Source of the DNA: Thermoprotei archaeon
GTDB taxonomy: Archaea > Thermoproteota > Thermoprotei > Thermoproteales > B15-G16
NCBI GenBank assembly: GCA_003649205.1
Contig: QMRC01000003.1
Span: forward strand, 160,001 to 224,000
Direction: 5' to 3'
Length of the DNA stretch: 64,000 nucleotides
Part shown: piece after piece, positions 31,202-39,852 of the stretch
Numbering within the stretch: position 1 is the stretch's first letter
How the letters are laid out: each line of letters opens with the position of its first letter
The notes under the pieces: generated by a model
Databases searched by the model: none
Seen by the model: the letters and a program-made list of their open reading frames with translations, nothing else
Told to the model about the DNA's origin: nothing
Translations under genes and position numbers: made by a program

Positions 31202-31558
31202 GTAGTACAAATGTAAAGAAATATTACGAGTAGTGGTATGTGTAATACTGCTCCTCCCTAAAAGGCTCTGCACATCAACACTCTGGGTACTCAAATTGTG
31301 AAAGAACACTCATTACAGCAAATTAAAGTCCTAGAAAGGTGGTTAACCTCAGAACATTAATCCTCGGATAGTGAAGAAGCATTATGGTCAATACGACAGG
31401 TGTTGACAAGCAGTAAGCTGCACCGAAGTAACCAGCTATCAAGTGTCTAAGTAGGTAAGTGAGGTCAGGTCTAGGTCCTGAAGGTGGTCAAAATGCTAGC
31501 GTAGTAAATGGCATTAACCACAGTAAACCTCGATTGAGAATCCCTGTAAAGTCATCTC

Positions 31559-31837
31559 TTAGCAATGCACTCTCAAATCCACGACGTAGCGACTAAGAGA
31601 GCTAGACCTGATTACCCATATGATCATCATCCCGTACCTCTCACTAATACCTATGCTCTGACCAATAGCTATCACGAGATATGGCACGGCACAGAGAACG
31701 ATGAACATAGTAGCTAACTTATGTCTCAACATTACGAGGAGGATAGCTAGGAGAGACACTACGTGGATAATTAATGCCAGCCAAAGTAGCTCAACCATTG
31801 TATTTATCATTGCGTTCCTAAGTCCTTCAAGTATCAC
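31559..31837 (-). CDS. Hydrophobic hypothetical protein or gene remnant
   Basis: 92-aa hydrophobic ORF in a low-coding region. Confidence 0.3.
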   Translation of the reverse strand: MILEGLRNAMINTMVELLWLALIIHVVSLLAILLVMLRHKLATMFIVLCAVPYLVIAIGQSIGISERYGMMIIWVIRSSSLSRYVVDLRVHC

Positions 31838-32066
31838 TGAGTAGGTCCCTGCAGATGATGAGTATTCTCTTAGTGCATAAGTGGTAGTAGGAGGAGTTCA
31901 ATGAGTAGCAGTACTAGAACTACTTGCTTACCAGGTAGTCTATTACCTCTTCAAACGAGGTACTACCCATGTAGTAGGGTGAATAATGGACCTGAAGTTA
32001 CTAATACCCTTACCACATGTGTTACCATTAATAGGAGTGCTCTCAGCATTCTCTACAGAGCTACTT

Positions 32067-32978
32067 ATGTCGTCTCGTGTTATTGGTCGTGGTGTATGTC
32101 CTAGGTGTGGTAGAGTTGGTAGTGTTGTTCTTAAGGAGTTATCGGGTAAGATCTACGTATATGTCAAGCATGGTAGGGAATGGTGTTACGTAGGTCCACT
32201 TGAGAAGGTTGATCTATCTAGAGTTCTTCAGGATCTAAGGACTTACCACAGTATTACCACTATATTGAGTAGGTACCTCGTACCTAGGTATGAAGGTGGT
32301 GTATCAATGAGGTACGTACTGATATTTGTAATTGGTCTATCTCTACTATTGTCAGCATATGGGTTGAGTACTAGGTATGGTTACGAGAGTATAGCTTTGA
32401 CTCTGACACTGCTCTCTACTGTGGTATTTTCACTGGGTATAGCGATCTATGAGGTTACTACATCACCTACAATGCAGTATGGTAGCCTTAAGAGGATTTT
32501 AGGTCATGGATTGTGGAAGTACTTTCTGGTGATAGTCGCTGTAGTTCTCCTCACTATCCTCATGACCTTGCCAATAGCTAGTCCTGTGAAGTTTTCATTT
32601 AAGTATAAAGCACCTGTGTTATGTCATGCAGTTACCTGGATTGGGGGTAGGAGAATTGAACGTGAGTATGTGGTGTATCATGCCGTGCGCTATGACGTAC
32701 CACTTACCTCAGTACTGCTACCTCCACTTGTCATTACTTACCTCCTCAGACCTATAGCACAGATGCGAGGAGTAAAGTGGTACCTAGTGCTAATGCTACT
32801 TACACTACTCACATCCAATCTAATATTTCATGCGGTGCCACAGGTAGTACGTGCATTGATGCTAGATCCATGGAGCTTACTCATGTATACTCTCACTACT
32901 TCACTAACTATGTTTGTGGTAGGGGTGTTGTTCACTACATTCATTCATGTGTTGAAGAAGCTAGCTTCAGTTCACTGA
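32067..32978 (+). CDS. Zn-ribbon/D-335-like putative DNA-binding domain fused to a multi-TM domain
   Basis: CPRCG..YVYVKH..WCYVGP followed by about 6 TM helices; start taken at ATG 32067. Confidence 0.65.
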   Translation: MSSRVIGRGVCPRCGRVGSVVLKELSGKIYVYVKHGREWCYVGPLEKVDLSRVLQDLRTYHSITTILSRYLVPRYEGGVSMRYVLIFVIGLSLLLSAYGLSTRYGYESIALTLTLLSTVVFSLGIAIYEVTTSPTMQYGSLKRILGHGLWKYFLVIVAVVLLTILMTLPIASPVKFSFKYKAPVLCHAVTWIGGRRIEREYVVYHAVRYDVPLTSVLLPPLVITYLLRPIAQMRGVKWYLVLMLLTLLTSNLIFHAVPQVVRALMLDPWSLLMYTLTTSLTMFVVGVLFTTFIHVLKKLASVH

Positions 32979-33051
32979 GGAACAGCATCTAAGAGCCCAG
33001 TTCTCACTAAATTACTAGTTACCTTATTTAGTACTCAAATGTACTCATAGC

Positions 33052-34416
33052 TTGATGGTTGTTCGTGAAGTTGTTGAGTGTGTAGAAGCTGTTCCTGAAT
33101 ACAGTAGATTTCCACTTGTTGACGAGCTTACCTCCAGTACTAGGGAATTGGGTAGGAGATTTAGTGATAGGGTTGAGGTTTTTGAGGTGAGTTGCTCTAG
33201 ATCTGGCGACCCTATTTTAGCTACTAGGATTGGTAGAGGTAGTAGGGTTGTTCTTGCTCTTGGTTTGGTGTATCCTGATGACCCTGCTAGTGCTCTTGCT
33301 CTAGATTACTTGAGTTGGTACATGGTTAAGAGACCTGAGGTTTGGATGGTTAGTGATACTACGTGGATCATCGTTAAGGTCGTTGATGCCTTAGGTGCTA
33401 GGTTTAATGAGGAGTGGTTTAGGGATGTGTCTTCCGTAGAGAAGCTCATTCTTAATCACTATGTTCCTCCCCCGTCGCTATGTGTTGAATCTACATTCCC
33501 TATTGAGTATAAGGAATTGAGATGGAGTAAGCCATTACCAGAGACTGAAGCAATTATGAAGTTGGTTAATGACTATAAGCCACAGTTCATTTTTCAATTT
33601 CGTTCCTGTTTCTTTAGAGGTCTTGCGTACTACCTATCTAGGCACTCACCTGAGCTGTATAGGTATCTACGTGCCATATCTGAGAGATTCAAGCTTCCTC
33701 TCTACGCCAGTGAATTTAGACCACCATACGTGATCAAGCTTGATACTGCGGTGTATAGGGTACCTCGTGCAAGGGATTACTGTGATGTTGTTGAGAGCGT
33801 TCTCGGTAGGGTACCTGTAGATGTCCTTAAGTTCGGTGGATCTAGTGGTGACTTCATTGAGGGGTTTAGTGGTGATGTGCTTGAGGTCGTTGCTGAGGTT
33901 CCGTACGTTGTTGATGAGAGGATTTCAGATACAGCACCCACTGGTATTCCGAGGAGGGAGGTATTCTTGCTCTCGCTCAGGAAGTTAAGATTCGAATTGA
34001 GGAATTTAAGGAAGAATCTTGAGATCTTGAGAAAGTACGTATCGAGTGATAATCCTTACTACGAAGCTCTTGACCACATGACACCTCTCGATTTAGTGAA
34101 TACAGAGATTCAGGATAAGTGGATTAAGTCACATGGTACCTCTACGGAATCAGCTACTGTTGCTGATATAGTCAGTAGCTACGTAGTTCACTACCTCTAC
34201 ACTACCGCACTTAAGTATGGTCTACTACATCAATGTATTAGGTACGAGACTACTAGAGGGAGAACAGTACCGAGTACAATTAAAGGTAATGTGGTTAAGA
34301 AGGTGGAGAAGCATCTTCATGAACTCAATTCCTGTGCAAGGTACAGAAAGGTTTCGATAAGGAATGTAGTTCAGACATGTCTGTACACAATGCTCATGGT
34401 AGTGACGCTACTGTAG
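33052..34416 (+). CDS. M14 zinc-carboxypeptidase-like protein, degenerate
   Basis: SRSGDPI..RIG.G; PLPETEA..L..YKP; EVPY; HxxE position reads YPDD. Confidence 0.7.
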   Translation: MMVVREVVECVEAVPEYSRFPLVDELTSSTRELGRRFSDRVEVFEVSCSRSGDPILATRIGRGSRVVLALGLVYPDDPASALALDYLSWYMVKRPEVWMVSDTTWIIVKVVDALGARFNEEWFRDVSSVEKLILNHYVPPPSLCVESTFPIEYKELRWSKPLPETEAIMKLVNDYKPQFIFQFRSCFFRGLAYYLSRHSPELYRYLRAISERFKLPLYASEFRPPYVIKLDTAVYRVPRARDYCDVVESVLGRVPVDVLKFGGSSGDFIEGFSGDVLEVVAEVPYVVDERISDTAPTGIPRREVFLLSLRKLRFELRNLRKNLEILRKYVSSDNPYYEALDHMTPLDLVNTEIQDKWIKSHGTSTESATVADIVSSYVVHYLYTTALKYGLLHQCIRYETTRGRTVPSTIKGNVVKKVEKHLHELNSCARYRKVSIRNVVQTCLYTMLMVVTLL

Positions 34417-34689
34417 CAGCATAACTAACTTACTGACCTCCCTCGAGTAACCTAGTTAATTTCATCGCGTAAAGTGAAATCCACTACCCATCCAGTTAAT
34501 GGGTCAAGCATTATTGAGTTATGTCTTGAGAGGTATTAGTTGGCTTAGTGCCATTCCTACTAGTAACTGCTTATATCTCCATAGGAGGGGTATGCTGAGG
34601 AGACAGTACCTAATTCTTCAAGAAAGGTAGTTGCTAGTATGCATACTAAGTATCATACATCGTATCAGGAGTGAGAGAAAAATTAGCGG

Positions 34690-35271
34690 CTAGTGTATAC
34701 TCAATGCTCTTCTACTTAGCTCATGAACTGAAACCCACGTGCTCTCTCTAGGCCAAACCTCTCTAATCATCATGTTCTCAAGATCACCCTCAAAGATCTT
34801 CTCAACTCTACCAAAGTAAATCAAGCCCTCACCGATGAAACTACATGAAAGTGATGAAACTAGTCTATAGTACCCCGTACGATCACTAGTGAATGAATAC
34901 ACCTGTAGAACAGCTTCACTGTAATTCCTCAACCTCCTAACTAGATCACGGTACTTAGCTAAACCACTAAACGAGAGTTCTAGTGGAATCTCCTCACCAA
35001 TACTGAGTGCTCTCAAGATAACTCTCAACACCTCATTACACAATCCCAGCTCAACTTCTAAATCACAACCACCATACCTCCTCACTAACTTCAGGACTGA
35101 CTGAACAAATCCATGAGTTAAGTCGAAGTATAACAGCATAGGTACCTTAGCGTATGTACCGCGATAAAGTACAGTAGCGAACCCAATGGTGAAGAAGCTC
35201 CTTCCCTCCTCAATTACTTTATGTAGTATCGTATCCATGGCTCTCAACGAAGTAAGAGATAACTCACCCAC
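34690..35271 (-). CDS. Hypothetical protein
   Basis: 193-aa ORF with host-like codons. Confidence 0.6.
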   Translation of the reverse strand: MGELSLTSLRAMDTILHKVIEEGRSFFTIGFATVLYRGTYAKVPMLLYFDLTHGFVQSVLKLVRRYGGCDLEVELGLCNEVLRVILRALSIGEEIPLELSFSGLAKYRDLVRRLRNYSEAVLQVYSFTSDRTGYYRLVSSLSCSFIGEGLIYFGRVEKIFEGDLENMMIREVWPRESTWVSVHELSRRALSIH

Positions 35272-35293
35272 ATAATAACCTTGTCCAATAGCT

Positions 35294-35470
35294 ATGGTCA
35301 GAATAGGGTATCCAACGAGAAGAGGAAAGAGACATTGGAGAAGAAGATGGAAGTGGATTCTCTGGTGGCTCTGGAGCTACAAGTGGCAACTCATTTGGGC
35401 TAAAAGACAGGGAATCCTACTTAAGAGAAAACAAGGTAAGAGAAAAGCGCAGAAAGCACTGAGTAGGTAA
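35294..35470 (+). CDS. Candidate 58-aa Trp/Arg-rich peptide (below the ORF-track cutoff)
   Basis: ATG..TAA: MVRIGYPTRRGKRHWRRRWKWILWWLWSYKWQLIWAKRQGILLKRKQGKRKAQKALSR. Confidence 0.3.
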   Translation: MVRIGYPTRRGKRHWRRRWKWILWWLWSYKWQLIWAKRQGILLKRKQGKRKAQKALSR

Positions 35471-35573
35471 CACATACACTTATAAACTACGTACAAGCTA
35501 CCTTAGACCCTTAGGAAAATTGGAAAAACCCAGAGTTAAATTAGTTAAATTAAAGTACTGAAGAGGTGTCTAC

Positions 35574-36437
35574 ATGCAGGTTGTTCCAGTACTACCGCTG
35601 TGGAATTGGAGAACAGCTAGGGTACCAGTACTCACAACACAATTGAGGAGATTGAGAGCTAGAAGCTGTGGTATCTTCTACCCGCTATCGCTAGATAGAG
35701 CGGCTGATGTAGATACGAGAGCTAAGGTCTGTACGCAGATCATGACCGAGTTAAGGAACGTAGCTAGGGATCTAGATGTCACTGTCGTACTACATACAGA
35801 GTACATGAATCCACCATGGACATCGAGTGAGCAGTGTAGTAAGTACATCAACAGAATCAAAGCACTAACTGAGGAGTTGTGTAAGCTGGAGTACAGGGTA
35901 TGTATTGAGCTTCATCCAGGCTTCGTACCTCTAAGCGCATTTAAGAAAGCATTGATTGAACTAGCAAACCAGGTACAGAGCTTAGGAGATAAGGTAGCTA
36001 TAGCTATAGAGCCTAGAACAGGAGCACCAACCATGAGGAGACCACAGGTAATCTCGACACTGACAGACCTAGCACTTCTCCTCAAGACGGTAGATACCAT
36101 ACCCACGAAGGTGATTCCAGTACTTGACATATCACAACTAGTAACAGCGCTACAGATTAGGTACAACCTAAGTGAAGGTGAGGCAATAGATCTCCTTAAG
36201 TACGAGCTAGAGACGCTTAGTGAGCTATGTCAGAGATCAGGAGTAGCTGAGGTACACATACATTGGCACTGGAGGAATAGACCAATACCACCACAGATAG
36301 CTACGAAATTAGTTGATGTACTGAAGCCATACCTAAAGAACTTCACAACGATGTACCTGGTACCTGAGATACTTGGCGCAACAGCAGATCTACTCGTAAC
36401 AACACTACAGAGAGCAACCACACTCCTCACAAAATAG
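35574..36437 (+). CDS. Xylose-isomerase/AP-endonuclease-2-like TIM barrel protein
   Basis: VLH; LHPG; IAIEP; LDISQ; EVHIH; PE; SD GAGGTG. Confidence 0.6.
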   Translation: MQVVPVLPLWNWRTARVPVLTTQLRRLRARSCGIFYPLSLDRAADVDTRAKVCTQIMTELRNVARDLDVTVVLHTEYMNPPWTSSEQCSKYINRIKALTEELCKLEYRVCIELHPGFVPLSAFKKALIELANQVQSLGDKVAIAIEPRTGAPTMRRPQVISTLTDLALLLKTVDTIPTKVIPVLDISQLVTALQIRYNLSEGEAIDLLKYELETLSELCQRSGVAEVHIHWHWRNRPIPPQIATKLVDVLKPYLKNFTTMYLVPEILGATADLLVTTLQRATTLLTK

Positions 36438-36520
36438 GGAGTAGAATAGATCACTGGAACAGAGGTATCTTTTTTACGAACCTCACTCATTGAACACTAA
36501 GCGTAACTACTCATTCTACC

Positions 36521-36570
36521 GTGATGAGAATCCTACACTCTGACTTAAGGATGAGGGTGGTGTTTGCTGA
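36521..36570 (+). ncRNA. Box C/D sRNA, probable 23S rRNA target
   Basis: GTGATGA-gaatcctacact-CTGA-ctta-AGGATGA-gggtggtgtttg-CTGA; D guide complements 23S AAACACCACCC (recalled). Confidence 0.85.
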
Positions 36571-36724
36571 CTCATCTACATCCTACAGGTACCTACTACG
36601 TGGTAGACGTGTACCTGACTGCTTGAAGTGATGTAGCCTTGATCGCTGATGTAGATGTCATCAGCGAGATTGCTCTCAAGTCCTTAGGCTTTGTCTAATT
36701 TTTATAGCACCCACTTAGGTACTG

Positions 36725-37453
36725 ATGTTTGTGATGTATCGTTCCTATACAGATTGGGTTAAGGTAATTGTTGTGATAGATAATAATGTCTATCGAGAAG
36801 ACCTTTACACGTCTTGGGGTCTTTCAATCTATGTTGAGACCCCAGGTGTGAGGGTTCTATTCGATACTGATACTGATGGTTCTAGGTTGGTGTACAATGC
36901 TGAGAAGCTAGGTATTGACTTATCTACTCTCAATGCTATTGTGATTAGCCATGACCACTACGATCATAGTGGTGGTCTTGAAGCGATTGCTAACTTCTGT
37001 CGAGGTAGACCTATCTACGTACCTGCTCATAGCTACCTACTTGACTACGTCTGTAATCTAGGTCTCACTCCAGTGCCCGTACACTCCACAACACTGATTG
37101 CTGATGGAGTTTACGTTGTAGGTGAGTTATCTAGTGGAGCTTTTGGTCTCTACGAGATAGCTCTTGCCATTAAGGTAAGGAGTGGTAAGTTGGTTACTCT
37201 GTGTGGTTGTTCACACCCCGGTATTGAACGCATTGTTGAGAAGGTGCTTAAAGATATAGGTGGGATCCCCGTGGCTGTTATTGGTGGTTTTCACTCACCT
37301 ACATCGTATAGTCTTGATAAACTTGTTGAGTTAGGTGTTGAGAAAATTTACCCACTTCACTGTAGTGGATTAGGTGCTGTGAGGTACCTAAGTAGGAAGT
37401 ATCCTGAGAGGTTAGGTACTGGTGGTAGTGGTTTTGTGCTATATGTTGAGTAA
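36725..37453 (+). CDS. MBL-fold hydrolase (COG1237-like), paralog of 18212-18943
   Basis: WGLS; SHDHYDH; GCSHPGIERIVE shared; HCSG. Confidence 0.88.
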   Translation: MFVMYRSYTDWVKVIVVIDNNVYREDLYTSWGLSIYVETPGVRVLFDTDTDGSRLVYNAEKLGIDLSTLNAIVISHDHYDHSGGLEAIANFCRGRPIYVPAHSYLLDYVCNLGLTPVPVHSTTLIADGVYVVGELSSGAFGLYEIALAIKVRSGKLVTLCGCSHPGIERIVEKVLKDIGGIPVAVIGGFHSPTSYSLDKLVELGVEKIYPLHCSGLGAVRYLSRKYPERLGTGGSGFVLYVE

Positions 37454-37514
37454 ATACACCTCTTTTTACTGTGTCTAACTGTTAAATACTATCTACGTTA
37501 AACAGTATTACTAG

Positions 37515-39851
37515 TTGCATATGCCTTCGCTAGTCTTTGTCATTGGATACGGCAATCCTGCTCTCTCTGTGCTACGTGATCTTGCTCGTGAATTCGGTAG
37601 CACCGTAGCTGTGTTCTCTCCCGGTACCGAGATCCCCGAGCATGCGCTAAGAGACGTAGAGGTATTGTTCCTGTATACATATGAAGTACCTCCATTGTTG
37701 AGTAAGATCATTGATAGGTGTAGCATCGTGATTGGTGCTTCTGAAGCTACTTCGCATCTATGTAAAGGACCTAGTCACGTGGTTGAGAGAGCTATTCAGT
37801 ACTTTAGGTATGGTGGTGTTGAGAATCTGAGGTACCTCATACAGTACCTGCTCTGGATCTTAGGTAAGTACCCTAAGGAACCTCCTGATCCGAGACCTGT
37901 ACCCTGGCATGGTATTTGGCATCCTGAGCTAGGTACGTTCACAGATCTAGAGCAGTACCTTGAGCAGTACCCCTACTCAACTAGACCTCTCGTTGGGATC
38001 CTATTCTACAGGTCTCGGTGGCTCTATGGTGATGTTGCTCCTGTAGTGGAGTTGATCAAGGCTTTAGAGGATGAGGAGCTAGGTGTTGTATCTGTCTTTA
38101 CACCTGGTGTCCATAGGTTAGGTGTACTTGGTGAGCCCTCGGTAGCTGATACTGTACGTACCTTCTTTATGGTGGATGGTAGACCTGTTGTTGATTTGAT
38201 ATTATCCTTCCTCAGTTTTTACTTGGATTGTGAGGATGTATTTAGGAGTCTTGGTGTTCCTGTCCTCAAGGTAGTTAAGGAGTCGTATAGATCTGTTGAG
38301 GAGTGGCTTGCTAGCGAGCAAGGTATTTCCAGTATGGCTCAGGTATGGGAAGTTATTATGCCTGAAGTCGATGGTATTGGAGAGCCTATCTTCTTGTGTG
38401 GTGCTAGGGAGGTTGGTGGATGTAAAGTCTATGAGGTTTTCTCTCCACACGTGAAGTACATTGCTAGGAGAGTTAGGAGGTGGATTGAGCTTCGACGTAA
38501 ACCTCCTAGTGAAAGGAGAATTGCTATTGTTCTCAATAATCCTCCTTGTAAGCAAGTTGAGGCAACAATTGGTGTTGCTATGGGTCTCGACGTTCCTGAG
38601 AGTTTGGTTAGGTTTCTACATAGGTTGAAGGAGTTAGGTTACTACCTAGGTGATGGTGAGCTTCCGAAGAGTGGTAAGGAGTTAATTGAGTTGATGCTTG
38701 AGAAGAGAGCTACGAGTGAGTTTAGATGGACTTCACCTGATGACATTGTTAAGCGTGGTGGTTGTGTTGGTTCTGTAGATCTCGATACGTACATGAGGTG
38801 GTTCAGTGAATTACCTGAACGTGTTAGAGAGGTGATGATTAAGGAGTGGGGGGATCCAAGAGATATCCTAGGTGGTGAAGTTGATAGGGTTTTTGCTGGT
38901 GCTGTTTACGAGGGTAAGTTCATCGTTCCTGGAATTAGGTTCGGTAATGTGGTCATCATCCCTCAACCTAAGTTTGGGTGTGCAGGTTCAGCTTGTGATG
39001 GTAGAGTCTGTAAGATACTTCATAACCCGAGGATTCCTCCACCACATCAGTGGCTTGCTGTCTACAGATGGATTACAAGGATATTTAGAGCTGACGTAGT
39101 GATTCACTTCGGTACGCACGGCACTCTCGAGTTTAGACCGGGAAAAGGTGTTGGCTTATCACCTATGTGTTGGCCAGAGATAACGATTGATGACGTACCA
39201 TTTCTCTACATCTACATCGTGACTAATCCTATGGAGGGTGTCATAGCTAAGAGACGTGGCTACGCTATCATTATAGACCACATGTACCCACCTATGATGT
39301 TCACTGACTCAGCGCTCCAGGAACTCGATGAATTACTGGAACAGTATGAGAGAGCTCGTAGATTCAGTGATACATCACGTGCTAGTGAGCTGTATAGGGA
39401 ACTAGTGTCCAGGATCAAGAAGCTAGGTATTCCTCTCAAGATAGACTTACCTGAGGATGAAATCGTATCTGAACTCCATAAGTACTTAGAACTCATTAAG
39501 AGTACTCAGGTAGAAAAGGGACTGCATGTATTTGGTAAGACACCAACTGATAGCGACGAGCTTGCTGAAACCGTAGTCGTAATTATGAGGTATGATACAT
39601 CTAGCTGGCCATCAATACGTAGAGCAGTAGCTGAGTACCTTGGTCTTAACTATGATGAGCTCCTTAGGAAACCGAGTGAGTACTGCAAGGTACTAGGTAC
39701 CACTAATAGGAGAGTTCTCGAGCTACTAGATAAGATAGCTGTTGAGGTTTTGAAGAAGTTACTTGAGGTAGGTACTTCGTCCTCTGATCTCGATTGGTCA
39801 ACTCTTGAGGTTATACTTCATGAGGTATGTTCAAAGTACCTAAGGAGGTGA
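37515..39851 (+). CDS. cobN: CobN/ChlH-family chelatase, N-terminal part
   Basis: PEVDG; NNPPC; GLDVPES; PPPHQW; HFGTHGTLEF.PGK; EG..AKRR. Confidence 0.9.
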   Translation: MHMPSLVFVIGYGNPALSVLRDLAREFGSTVAVFSPGTEIPEHALRDVEVLFLYTYEVPPLLSKIIDRCSIVIGASEATSHLCKGPSHVVERAIQYFRYGGVENLRYLIQYLLWILGKYPKEPPDPRPVPWHGIWHPELGTFTDLEQYLEQYPYSTRPLVGILFYRSRWLYGDVAPVVELIKALEDEELGVVSVFTPGVHRLGVLGEPSVADTVRTFFMVDGRPVVDLILSFLSFYLDCEDVFRSLGVPVLKVVKESYRSVEEWLASEQGISSMAQVWEVIMPEVDGIGEPIFLCGAREVGGCKVYEVFSPHVKYIARRVRRWIELRRKPPSERRIAIVLNNPPCKQVEATIGVAMGLDVPESLVRFLHRLKELGYYLGDGELPKSGKELIELMLEKRATSEFRWTSPDDIVKRGGCVGSVDLDTYMRWFSELPERVREVMIKEWGDPRDILGGEVDRVFAGAVYEGKFIVPGIRFGNVVIIPQPKFGCAGSACDGRVCKILHNPRIPPPHQWLAVYRWITRIFRADVVIHFGTHGTLEFRPGKGVGLSPMCWPEITIDDVPFLYIYIVTNPMEGVIAKRRGYAIIIDHMYPPMMFTDSALQELDELLEQYERARRFSDTSRASELYRELVSRIKKLGIPLKIDLPEDEIVSELHKYLELIKSTQVEKGLHVFGKTPTDSDELAETVVVIMRYDTSSWPSIRRAVAEYLGLNYDELLRKPSEYCKVLGTTNRRVLELLDKIAVEVLKKLLEVGTSSSDLDWSTLEVILHEVCSKYLRR

Positions 39852-39852
39852 T

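Noticed and set aside
31371-31426. C/D-like pattern GTGAAGA..ACGA..GTGTTGA..CCGA
   Set aside because: All four boxes are degenerate and the guides are long.
31855-31904. ATGATGA...ATGA 50-nt C/D-like pattern
   Set aside because: No credible D'/C' boxes.
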